A stretch of 64,000 nt of DNA from a virus. Its lineage: Duplodnaviria > Caudoviricetes. Below, piece by piece: positions 52,049-61,925 of the stretch (its first letter is position 1; each line of letters begins with the position of its first letter). The DNA lies in the IMG/VR virus record IMGVR_UViG_2816332320_000003, positions 32,001-96,000 of that record; one strand, written 5' to 3'. Made by a program: the position numbers and the translations under genes. Under the pieces are notes generated by a model. It was not told the origin of the DNA. It made no database searches and saw only the letters and a program-made list of their open reading frames with translations.

Positions 52049-52276
52049 CTATTTGCTGTTATGCTGCTCTATCATCTTCTGAATCTCTGCTAATAACTTC
52101 GGATCATCTGGCAGCTCAATCTTGTTTTGCTTCTTGATGACAATTTCCTTGTTCTCAGTTACTTCAACTGATAGCATATCACCATACTCTGCACCAATTA
52201 GTTTCAACTGTTCAGTAATTGAGACTCCCAAGCTAGTTCCAATCTTGATGACTTTTCTCTCCTGCAATTGGTTCAC
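52049..52276 (-). CDS. AbrB/MazE-like DNA-binding protein
   Basis: RKVIKIGTSLGVSI...GD.L.V. Confidence 0.75.
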   Translation of the reverse strand: MNQLQERKVIKIGTSLGVSITEQLKLIGAEYGDMLSVEVTENKEIVIKKQNKIELPDDPKLLAEIQKMIEQHNSK

Positions 52277-52302
52277 CTCACCTTACATTTCCTTATATAC
52301 CC

Positions 52303-52331
52303 ATTATAGCGACTATTATATAATAGTGCAA
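52303..52331 (-). promoter_or_regulatory. SigA-type promoter
   Basis: TTGCAC-17 bp-TATAAT. Confidence 0.7.
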
Positions 52332-52386
52332 GATGATTTCGGAGAAAACTTTTTCTGTTTATATATTTTTGGTTATTAAAACAATA

Positions 52387-52405
52387 ACCTGTCATATTGA
52401 CAGGT
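52387..52405. terminator. Hairpin terminator
   Basis: ACCTGTCA-TAT-TGACAGGT. Confidence 0.55.
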
Positions 52406-52795
52406 CTATTTGTTTACATGATATTTTTATGAATGTTCAGCTCTATAAATAAGATCAGCCAATTCCTCAGAAATTTCAGTTTCCCCAAAAAGCTCAAACC
52501 CAGCATTTATGTAATCTTCAACGTGTTCATCGTTACATACAACAACATCACTTTCACTGGTGAGGACAAAGCATTTTCGTGAAATATCATAGTCAACATA
52601 GTTTGAATAAAGATGAATTGTATTTTTCAATTCATCAGTTTTAACAACATTGTCCAATAGAGCAGCTTCGAGAGTTTTCATCATTTAAGCCTCCTTATGG
52701 TTGTTTACCTGATAATCCCATTATACCACATGTCCACTCGTTAACAAGTACACGTTCTATATTTTTATTTATTAACAATCGTGGGATTTCCCACT

Positions 52796-53425
52796 TTATC
52801 CAAGTATCATATCCATTTCTGATTTGACCTGCCTAAAGAAGTAATACATTCTTTTCATCATTTCAGGTGTAATACCTCTTGCTTCCATCTCTTCAGCAAA
52901 TTTAAACCACTCACCATATTGCTCAATCATTTCTTGTCTTAATTGCTCTCTAAGACTATCAATTTCAAGATTCAACTCATCTTTTCTGTGTTGTAGTGTG
53001 TTGTATACACTAGTGGCTTCTTTAATAACAATTTGGTTTATATCTTCCGATAAATAATCATTATAAAATGACTCTCTAAGCCATGTGCCATCTGGCTTTC
53101 CATTGATTATAGGAATGTCATTTGCTTTACTATAATCTCTAATCAACATCGTGGATAAACTATCCCAAAACTCACTATCATCCTTCGATGTCTTAACTCC
53201 ACCTAATATAAACAACAATTTAAGATCCACTTCGAGTGCTTTCGACAAATTCTCAAAGTTTTCTGGTGTAGGAAGGTGTTCTCCACGCTCAATCTTGCTT
53301 AAATGAGAAAAGCTTATCTTGCTTAATTCCTCAAGTTTACGCAAGGAATAACCTTTCTGCCTTCTAATTTCGCGTATGTACTCTCCAAGTCTTGTATGGG
53401 CTGATTCCATGCTATTCTCTCCCAT
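52796..53425 (-). CDS. XRE-family repressor
   Basis: IREIRRQKGYSLRKL...HLSKIERG HTH. Confidence 0.85.
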   Translation of the reverse strand: MGENSMESAHTRLGEYIREIRRQKGYSLRKLEELSKISFSHLSKIERGEHLPTPENFENLSKALEVDLKLLFILGGVKTSKDDSEFWDSLSTMLIRDYSKANDIPIINGKPDGTWLRESFYNDYLSEDINQIVIKEATSVYNTLQHRKDELNLEIDSLREQLRQEMIEQYGEWFKFAEEMEARGITPEMMKRMYYFFRQVKSEMDMILG

Positions 53426-53595
53426 TATTACATATTTTCCTTGCTCAAATTATACGTGTTAATGAACTAATAACACAACACAACAATTTTGTAATATGCT
53501 GTCGAATTGTGTTGACTCGTGACACATAGGAAGATTATACTAATATCAACAGCTTGGAGCGACTAGATAAATATACATATTCAGGAGGAGAATGC

Positions 53596-53793
53596 ATGGA
53601 GGTTTTTGGAGAGCTTCGTATTCCTATCTCAATTCAATTATCAAACAACACAACAGAGCCACTTCAACTAGTTCGTACGCTAGTTAACGATTACAATCTT
53701 CATATGACTCAACTTAAATTATCTACTGTTGATGGTCTTTGTGTTACTGTCTCTGTGCATGATCACTCAATTGAATGGATCGAAGTAATATAA
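53596..53793 (+). CDS. Single-domain member of the ~60-aa VFG.L...VHD.SIEW family
   Basis: AGGAGG RBS; divergent from the repressor; followed by a hairpin at 53794-53813. Confidence 0.7.
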   Translation: MEVFGELRIPISIQLSNNTTEPLQLVRTLVNDYNLHMTQLKLSTVDGLCVTVSVHDHSIEWIEVI

Positions 53794-53818
53794 AACCTGC
53801 CAATCGGCAGGTTATTTT

Positions 53819-54283
53819 TTATGCTTGAATAAAATTCGCCTCATTATTGAAAAAAGCTTCACATCTCTGTTTAGTCATGCGATGATTTGCGTTGCCAAAT
53901 ACAATAGACTTTAATGAGAGCACAAGCAATTCATTCCCCAGTTTGTCATAAAACTTTGTTTCTCTTACTGCAAACATATCAATTTTCTCTTTTCTGAAAG
54001 TAATGCTGCTGCCAACATGTTTGGGCTGGTCTACATCAACTAGCTTCAAATCAGCAAATTTACCTCTCATTCCATCAAAAACATATTCTGCCATCTTGCC
54101 TTCTGGAATCTTTATATTTCTAGACTTTCGATACGCTTCTTCTGCCTCCAACTTGAGATGTCCTCTAGTGTCGAACAGCTTTTGAGTGACGTGTGCCCAA
54201 TAGAACCAATCAGGGTCTTTAAACAATACTTGGGGTAGTGTAGATCCCTCATGTTTTCCGAAATTTAATTGAGTCCAGTTCAT
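53819..54283 (-). CDS. Hypothetical protein with FGKH.G motif
   Basis: LNFGKHEGSTL..V...DPDWF.W. Confidence 0.7.
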   Translation of the reverse strand: MNWTQLNFGKHEGSTLPQVLFKDPDWFYWAHVTQKLFDTRGHLKLEAEEAYRKSRNIKIPEGKMAEYVFDGMRGKFADLKLVDVDQPKHVGSSITFRKEKIDMFAVRETKFYDKLGNELLVLSLKSIVFGNANHRMTKQRCEAFFNNEANFIQA

Positions 54284-54763
54284 GTGTAATTACCCCTTTT
54301 CATTTAAATCACGTTTCTATTTGAACTAGTGAGCTATGATGAAGTTCGTCTTAGGATACCATCCAATTGAACCATCTTCAAAATCTATGCAATAAGTATC
54401 TACACACTCATCAATAACAGCATAACTTTCACCTAGCTCTACTTTTGATTTCTTGAAATTACTATGTGGTTGCTCAACACATTTTACCCGCATTGCACGA
54501 TCACCTGTCCCATGAGAAAGTCTCTTATAATTGCTTAAATAGATCATTCATCTCTAATTTAAATGTCCCCAATAACTTTTGGTACTCTGGAGATTCTCTT
54601 TCAAGTTCTGTTAATTGAAAGTCAGGCTTATCAGACCCTGCCCACATACTTTGAAATACATTCTTATGATACCATTGACCCTTGTCATCCTCTAAATAGT
54701 GTCCATTAGATGCTCTATAGATATTAATCATTGATATCCTCTTTCCTATATAAAATCACATTT

Positions 54764-55186
54764 TTATTCAAAAGTTATTTCTTCAAAATCCAAGTTATTA
54801 TCTTTCAACTTAGCCCACACTACTTTCAATTCCTCGTCAGTGATAAACCCCCTGTCTGCGTTATTAATTATCACATTAAACAATAAAGCTTCGTCCAAGT
54901 TGTAATCCTCATCATAGATTGAGTCAATGTCGGTCTCATTTGAACCAAAATGATATGTTCCTGCACCATAAATAATCATTCTACCAGTGTCTTCTATTCC
55001 CCAATCTTTCGCCCCATAATCCGAAAAACACATTGCTTGTGGGTCTGTTTTTGACAACCAAAGAGCCTTTATTTCTTGTCCGTTTGCTTTCATTTTGACA
55101 GTGTACAGTGAACCATACTTACCATTGACTTTGAACCATTTGCCATCAGCAATCGTATCTAAAAATTCTTGTTTGGTCATATCCAT
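54764..55186 (-). CDS. Hypothetical protein
   Basis: 140 aa between repeats 54750 and 55194. Confidence 0.7.
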   Translation of the reverse strand: MDMTKQEFLDTIADGKWFKVNGKYGSLYTVKMKANGQEIKALWLSKTDPQAMCFSDYGAKDWGIEDTGRMIIYGAGTYHFGSNETDIDSIYDEDYNLDEALLFNVIINNADRGFITDEELKVVWAKLKDNNLDFEEITFE

Positions 55187-55568
55187 TCTCCTTATAAAAT
55201 AAGTCTTTTATTATCTTGTGCAGCACGTTAATGCAAGTAATTTGCTTCTTGGTGTTTTAGGGTTATTAATTTTACTAAAAATCTGTTCTAATCTGTCGAT
55301 TTGCCTAGTAATTAATGCATTAACAATTCCTCTTGGAATGTAAACTTTCTCAATTTCAACCCAGAAAGTATTGTCCTCCAAGCTGTCTAACGACTTCCAT
55401 TCTTTAAAGTGTCCTCTTGAATTGTCTTTGTAGATAACAACCACTGGGAAGCTTGAACCTAGAGCCTCAATATAAAAATCTAAGAATTCCTTTTTTAGGC
55501 TTCCTTTGAATGAATAAAGAAATCCCTCAAATTCAGATGATTCAAATTTTATTTCTTTCATGATTTCA

Positions 55569-56231
55569 CTAACCATCTTTATCACCCCTGCCCGATACAA
55601 TATGTTCTTTATATCCATTACTCAGCCATACATAAATTTTAAAGTATCGATCTCTGTTATAAATGTCGTTTTTCTTATTATACCAGTTATTTAAGCTTTC
55701 TGTACGTTTACTCGAATTACAACCATGACAACTGGGAATGCAATTCTTCAAGTCGTTACGACCATTGAAAATAACATGTTCTTTATGTAGACCTTGATTC
55801 CTATACTTATTCTTGTGGTCATCCTCTGAAAGACCACAGTATGCACACTCAAATTGAAAAAATGTTTTACACGCAATCCATTCTTTTTGTGTTATGTTAT
55901 GTTTTCGTTGGCTTCGCCTCTTTTCATTGTACGTTTTTATTTTATTCTTGTTATTTTTTCGCCACTTCGAAGCATACTGCCTTTTGAAGTCTCCCAAATT
56001 TCTATCAATTATTTTTTGTTTTTCTTTCAGCCTTTCCTTGTTCTTTTTATACCATTGCTTTTTGTATGCCATATATTCTTCTTTATTGTCTACTGCATAT
56101 TTCCTACTATTTTCTTTGAAACAATCCCTGCACCATGAATTAAGTCCATCTTTTCTGTTTTTATCTTTGTAAAAATATTCTTCAGTAGCAGGATAGGCTG
56201 CCTTACATTTTGTACACGCTTTATTCAACAT
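55569..56231 (-). CDS. HNH endonuclease
   Basis: N-terminal CxxC Zn finger; CAYCG...HKEHV...N..PSC..CNSSK. Confidence 0.85.
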   Translation of the reverse strand: MLNKACTKCKAAYPATEEYFYKDKNRKDGLNSWCRDCFKENSRKYAVDNKEEYMAYKKQWYKKNKERLKEKQKIIDRNLGDFKRQYASKWRKNNKNKIKTYNEKRRSQRKHNITQKEWIACKTFFQFECAYCGLSEDDHKNKYRNQGLHKEHVIFNGRNDLKNCIPSCHGCNSSKRTESLNNWYNKKNDIYNRDRYFKIYVWLSNGYKEHIVSGRGDKDG

Positions 56232-56351
56232 TATATCCCTTTCTATTCAACTCTTGGTACTGTTTAATGAGTATGTCTTTTGCTACTCCAGTTATACCTT
56301 CTCGCTCCAACTTCTTAGCGAATTCATTAATTTTCATTAATATCACCTCTA

Positions 56352-56768
56352 TTAGATTGCCAAACATCCAACCTTATTTGTTTTCATTTTCTTATTTTTA
56401 ATTGCTAAAAAATCTTGAGGTGTAATTAAGCTCAAACTTACCTCTAAAGCTTCATTTACGTCTTCCATGGTTTTAAAATTCAAAGTTGCCACTTTACGAG
56501 ACAATCGTTGTTTATCAATTGTTCTAATCTGCTCTAGTAGAATAACACTATCTTTTTCGATGTCATAATCTTTCGCGCTAATTTCAACATGAGTTGGCTG
56601 TCTTCCCTTCGAAATTTGAGAAGTAATTGCCGCAACAATCACCGTTGGGCCAAATTTGTTTCCAATGTCATTTTGGATGATAAGGACTGGTCTGTTACCA
56701 CCTTGCTCACTTCCTACAACTGGAGAAAGGTCAGCTAAGTAGATCTCCCCTCGATATACTGGCTTCAA
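56352..56768 (-). CDS. mazF: MazF/PemK endoribonuclease (EndoA-like)
   Basis: [32 protein letters not shown]...[13 protein letters not shown], close to B. subtilis EndoA. Confidence 0.93.
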   Translation of the reverse strand: MKPVYRGEIYLADLSPVVGSEQGGNRPVLIIQNDIGNKFGPTVIVAAITSQISKGRQPTHVEISAKDYDIEKDSVILLEQIRTIDKQRLSRKVATLNFKTMEDVNEALEVSLSLITPQDFLAIKNKKMKTNKVGCLAI

Positions 56769-56826
56769 GTTTTCTCCTCCCTTTTCTTCATTTTTGATTT
56801 ATAATATCTATTATTTTTATGTCTAT

Positions 56827-56855
56827 AATATACCACGACAAATTACCCATTGCAA
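56827..56855 (-). promoter_or_regulatory. SigA-type promoter of the mazF operon
   Basis: TTGCAA-17 bp-TATATT with an extended TG. Confidence 0.65.
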
Positions 56856-56878
56856 GTAAAATTATACAATACAACGAT

Positions 56879-56907
56879 AAAAAGACCTTAATTGGTAAGG
56901 TCTTTTT
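56879..56907 (-). terminator. Intrinsic terminator after yolD
   Basis: AAAGACCTTA-ATTGG-TAAGGTCTTT with flanking A/T tracts. Confidence 0.7.
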
Positions 56908-56918
56908 AAGCGAAGGAT

Positions 56919-57260
56919 TCACTTTGTTACACTAATAAGATTTTCTATCTTGATCCATTCAGAACTCCAGTCACTGATAAGCTTAAACCGTCTTTTATTA
57001 GCGTCTATCTCCTTTACAACACCCCATGAAGACTCCAATGTCCCCAGATTACCTTTCGCTGGCTGAAACCATTTAACATCGATTGCATAGTCATACTGTG
57101 TACTGTCATAGATACGAAAGCACATCTCACCAAAATCATCATCATCGACATAAGGCTTCTCCTGCAATCCACGTTTACTTTCATGATCAAGGATAGCAGC
57201 TCTTTGTTCAGGTAAAACCATTCGCATACTTCCAAACAGGTCATTAATCTTTTTGGACAC
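56919..57260 (-). CDS. yolD: YolD-like SOS accessory protein
   Basis: SMRMVLPEQ...KP..D motif; SOS box upstream. Confidence 0.82.
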   Translation of the reverse strand: MSKKINDLFGSMRMVLPEQRAAILDHESKRGLQEKPYVDDDDFGEMCFRIYDSTQYDYAIDVKWFQPAKGNLGTLESSWGVVKEIDANKRRFKLISDWSSEWIKIENLISVTK

Positions 57261-57280
57261 TGTAACACACCTCTTAATAA

Positions 57281-57292
57281 GAACGTTTGTTC
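57281..57292. promoter_or_regulatory. LexA (SOS) box
   Basis: GAAC-GTTT-GTTC. Confidence 0.75.
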
Positions 57293-57384
57293 GTTTGTTC
57301 TTATATTATGCTACCAGTTAAGGAAAGATGCAAGCAAAAAAGACTTCGCTCTTTTTGGCAAAGTCTTCTAATGAAATGCGTATT

Positions 57385-58335
57385 TTATTTAGTCATGATC
57401 TGACCAAGAAGAGATGCAACTTGTTCTTGAATGTTTGAGGCTACAAGGCTGCCTGTAATCCCTTCTGAAATATTTCTTACAGATTTTAAGGTCTCTGCAA
57501 TTACATTTAACTTTGGCTTTGGTGATTTAACTTGCAATTCTAATACACCAATGTCTGATTCTAGAATTTCTTTCTGTTCCGTGTCATGTACTTCTTTAGA
57601 CATTTTTTTAAGACTTTCAATTAAATGATTTAAGTCGCTCATTTTAATTGAAGAAGTCATTGTGTTAGTTTGGGTTGAATTTTCTGTATGTTGTTGTAAC
57701 TGAATGTTGCCCCCAGATGAGTTAAAGATATTGTTGTTTGTGATAATTTGAGCTGTACTCTTTGCCGCAGTTTCTTCATCTCTCTTTGAAAAGGACATTC
57801 CTTCGCCCAAAACTCCATCCTCCTCTAGTTTTAAACTCCAATTTAGTACAATGGCTCTTACTGCTTCAATAATTTTTTGAAATTGAGATGCAGTAATGTC
57901 TAATTTGCATACCATTGGAAACTCCATATACTTCATAAGATACTCTTGTGTCTTATCTGGGAAGTTCATTTGCAAATAACCTGTTTTAGTTTGTCCTAAC
58001 AAATGCTCGATTTCGCCAACTGAAATATTTATCTTTCGAACAGTTAGTGATTGAGACAATTTTTCGTCTGAAAAAATTGCAGGTATATTTAACCCATTAT
58101 ACGGATTTTTAGCTGTCACTACCCCTCTAATTTCCCGATAGTCAGGTAAACTGTCCAAGGAACCCTTATACCCATTTAGTTCATTGTTAATCCATGCTTC
58201 AAAATCACGAACTTTCAATTTTTTCGCGACCATTAAAGCCTTTCTCAAAAGATCGTTAATCTTACATTTTCCGTCTACTGCTTCTCTTTGAAGTTCTAAA
58301 ACTAGTGAAATGCTGATCCCCCCTTTTTGTCCCAT
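57385..58335 (-). CDS. AbiTii-domain protein (putative anti-phage defence)
   Basis: LVLELQREA...LLRKALMVAKKL...W.NNELNGY...PDYR..RG. Confidence 0.8.
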   Translation of the reverse strand: MGQKGGISISLVLELQREAVDGKCKINDLLRKALMVAKKLKVRDFEAWINNELNGYKGSLDSLPDYREIRGVVTAKNPYNGLNIPAIFSDEKLSQSLTVRKINISVGEIEHLLGQTKTGYLQMNFPDKTQEYLMKYMEFPMVCKLDITASQFQKIIEAVRAIVLNWSLKLEEDGVLGEGMSFSKRDEETAAKSTAQIITNNNIFNSSGGNIQLQQHTENSTQTNTMTSSIKMSDLNHLIESLKKMSKEVHDTEQKEILESDIGVLELQVKSPKPKLNVIAETLKSVRNISEGITGSLVASNIQEQVASLLGQIMTK

Positions 58336-58393
58336 TTCATTCTACGGTATAAATACCATATCAAAATTTGACTATTTAAATCAATTGTCTCTT

Positions 58394-58777
58394 TTATTGA
58401 AAACACTCAGTGTAAAAGTACTCCTCACCCGTTAACGGATCAATGAAAGATTCTTTCTCATAATACGGTCTATAATCATAATCATTTGTTGAGCCTTCAT
58501 GCTTGCAAAATGCATCGATGCACCACAATGGAAACCCAGACATTGCATGTGTAAACCTAATGACCCTAACGCCAGTGATTTTTCGCTTGAATAGAGCCGA
58601 TGCAAATCGAATCATTTCTTCATCTTGAACCCTATGCCATTCATCACAATTCATATTGATACTAATATGCTTCACTGCTGCTGACCATTGTTCACTGTTA
58701 ATTCTGTCAGTATAAACACTAGTTATGTAGTCGCCTTTATAGTAATTTCGCGGGAAATTCACTTGGGCAATTAACAT
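58394..58777 (-). CDS. Hypothetical protein
   Basis: 127 aa; stop inside a repeat arm. Confidence 0.6.
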   Translation of the reverse strand: MLIAQVNFPRNYYKGDYITSVYTDRINSEQWSAAVKHISINMNCDEWHRVQDEEMIRFASALFKRKITGVRVIRFTHAMSGFPLWCIDAFCKHEGSTNDYDYRPYYEKESFIDPLTGEEYFYTECFQ

Positions 58778-59342
58778 GTTTTGAATGCCATATGGATTCG
58801 TCCAAAATTGATTGATATCATAAGCCTTTACCTTTGTAGTGTCATATCAAATCATTTTCTCACTCCCTATAAAAATAACGAATTTATTGAAACTGGTACA
58901 GTTTTATTTCCTTTGGTGCAATTACCGTTCCATCTTTAGTGAGCAACTTTATTGTCAATTTATCATCCAACACATTTTCGATGATACCTAAATCTCCCAT
59001 AGCTACAGGGAAATAACCTTTATCACCAACTGGGATTCGTATATCTTCAAGAAACATCACTTTATCGCCTGTATTCAATTTGATACCCTCCTTATCGTTA
59101 AAATCAGACTTGTATTCAGTTTTGATCAGCTAGACGCTGCCATGAAATAATCTGGGTCTTTACCTCAATTACTCCTCTACTTTTGTCTGCGTAATGTTCA
59201 TCTATCTTCATTAGATCTCTTTCAGTAAGAATTTCATTATCTGTTCTATAATAAATATTAGAAAAGATTCCTGTGTCGTTATGTCTAAGAACAACATAAA
59301 AGGTATACATCGCTATCATCCTTTTCCAATAAATCTATGCTT

Positions 59343-59825
59343 TCATTGTGATAAGAGTTTATTTCGCACATTCACAATTCTTCTTTCAATAATTTCTATA
59401 TGCTCATCCAATGACTTCCCAGATTCAATTACATCGATAAGTCCCCAGTAAATCTCTTCTGATAAACTTGTGAGTTCATATTCAATTTGTCCAACCTGTT
59501 GGCGTATTTGTGAGTAAGAAATGTCCTCTTTATTGAGTCTCTCTGTTAAATGCTGTACTCTTTGCCTGACATTCACTAATAACACTTCCTTTTTAATCAA
59601 ATTTTTACAATCACTTATTTTTACATGTTTGTATTTGCTATTGCCCAACCTCACTACCTCAAACATCATGTCGCCAATGTTATACCTATATCTCCCTTTT
59701 CCGTCCACTCTGGTTATGCCTTCAGCCAATTGAGAGATGTAGTTGATATTATTGGATATGCATACCTCTTCCCAAATAAACGCCGTATCGTTTATTAACT
59801 GTACGTACTTGAATAGTTTGTACAT
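59343..59825 (-). CDS. Hypothetical protein
   Basis: 160 aa with RBS. Confidence 0.6.
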   Translation of the reverse strand: MYKLFKYVQLINDTAFIWEEVCISNNINYISQLAEGITRVDGKGRYRYNIGDMMFEVVRLGNSKYKHVKISDCKNLIKKEVLLVNVRQRVQHLTERLNKEDISYSQIRQQVGQIEYELTSLSEEIYWGLIDVIESGKSLDEHIEIIERRIVNVRNKLLSQ

Positions 59826-61925
59826 CTATCTCACCTTAAACTCTAAATGTCTATCGGGAAATGCTTCGCTTTGAATTCTTGATACTCTTGTTTGACTGGT
59901 TCAAACCTTTGAGAGAGGAATGAATATGACGAAATACAATGTTTCCCGTAGAAATCCATTGCCTCAACAATTGTCTGATATTCATGCTTTAACATGTTTT
60001 GTGTAGTTTTCACAGTCTCTTTTTCATGTAAATCCATAGTTCTTCTAATACCTTCAATGTGTAATGTGATACCTGTGTATAAACATGAGCTAACTCCAGC
60101 AGGAACAATCAACATCTATTAAACACCCTTTCCAAATAATTATTTTATTCATTCTTTCAGTATGTAATCCTCATGATTGTCACTATAGATGAACTGTCCT
60201 TCACAAACGTTAATAACTCCATGCCATGTTTCTGTATGTTTGCGAATATCCTCAATGCTTGCTAGCTTCAATCCTAGATTGTTAAACGTTCCGTAGATCT
60301 GACCAATTTGATTCCTGTAAACATAGACATCTCTCGAATCCATTTGATCACCTCATTCCATGAAATTTTACTTTATTTGGTTTCTGTGTATAACTTGCAG
60401 CATTCAACGCGAATTCCTTTATAGCCTGTTTCTGTCTTCACAAAATACATATCCCAAGTTTTTGCATGTACATCGAACATTTGACCGATACGATTTTTGT
60501 ACCAACTTTCATCATTCAAACAGGCTGTTACTTGTACCCGCATTTTTCCTCTTCCTTTCTTAATCAAATTCCACTTTTATTGAGTTATACCAATCAAGTT
60601 TTATTTAATATATTTATTCAAGCCTATTTCATTTCTCTCCCCTTACTATCAATCTTAGCTCCAAGTTTTCTATAAAGCTCTAAATTTGTTGGTATCTTAA
60701 ATTGATCTCTTGAGAAGATCGGTGTAACTTCTCCAAAGCTGGATGAAATTGAACCACCAGAAATGTGGTATACATCTCCATCCCATAGCTGTATGTATCC
60801 CCAATGACCATGGTAATGTGATTCCTTGTCTTTGATAACGATTAGCTTCCCGATCATCTTCTCTGGGTTCATTTTCAAATCCTCCTTTCAACATCCAATT
60901 TGCCCTACACTGGAAGCATTCCTTCTTTGTTTGTTGAGATCCACTTTGATACAACTTTTACTGTTCCTCTTCTTCAAGTTCCTGAAGTAACTTCAAATAA
61001 ATCTCTTTAGCTTTCTTTGGTTTAGTGGCAAGTACTACAATCATTTCACTTTCTCCATCGATATCATCAGGTTCAGTTGTAGTCATGGCAGCTATACCTT
61101 CTTCTGTAAACCGTTTGAGTAATTCGTCTACTGTTTCACTGTGATAAAATGAACCAATTCGATGATACAAGTTCATCAACTCCATTTCCCAATCAAATCT
61201 CAATTTTATATAGAGTATTATTTTAATTATTATGTAATCCACATATGTATAATTTGCATATGTGGATTACAAATCAGGAAGTGTGCAAACAGCCTGTTTC
61301 TTTGTCAAAAATCCAACTATAACCATACTCTCGACTATCAATTAGTTGAATATCACCCTCGTAATATCCACTGTTAATTTTAATGGTAATTACGTCTTCC
61401 AGCAAAACGTGTGGATCTTCTTTAAGAAGGTTTTGCAGTCTATCGATACATTCATCAACAACTTTATTTACAGCTTTATCACCTATAGTATCTGGTAACA
61501 TTGCTCGAAATTTATTAAAAACAGCATTCTTTAAATTCAAATTTGCTCCTCCTCAAATATCGCATATGTGTATCTGCATGTTCATATTAGCAAGATAAAC
61601 TCTATTTTGTCACCTGTTTTCTCTTCCCTCATTCTACTGAAACATCCCTATAAGTCTACTTATTCAAAGGTTCATGTATGTCACAATAAAGTCAGTAACA
61701 TTCTATTTCGCTCTCTTTGCAAATTCACTTGTCCATACAAACTTATCAGTATGATTTGAAGTTCTTATAAACCCCTGACCACTGCATTCCCAGCCTTCTG
61801 ATTCCATACTTTTCACATGCTCATTTCTTTCCTCTTCAGATTCATAATGAAATCCTATCTTTGTGTACTCAAGTACTTTCTTCATTTTCATCATCTCCCC
61901 ATCAAAGGATCATTTTATGGGGATA

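Larger units (their letters stand above)
40660..61918. repeat. Dispersed 18-bp palindrome, array 2
   Basis: Copies start at 40660, 42873, 43102, 44050, 44336, 44968, 45196, 45447, 45934, 48051, 48456, 48979, 49227, 49627, 51028, 51310, 51872, 52035, 54303, 54750, 55194, 57371, 58380, 58870, 59098, 59329, 60131, 60563, 61192 and 61901. Confidence 0.88.

Noticed and set aside
274-61918. The 18-bp repeats as a CRISPR array or as intrinsic terminators
   Set aside because: They are separated by whole genes and have variable centres. The 6-bp AT-only stems are too weak for terminators, and real GC-rich terminators occur separately.
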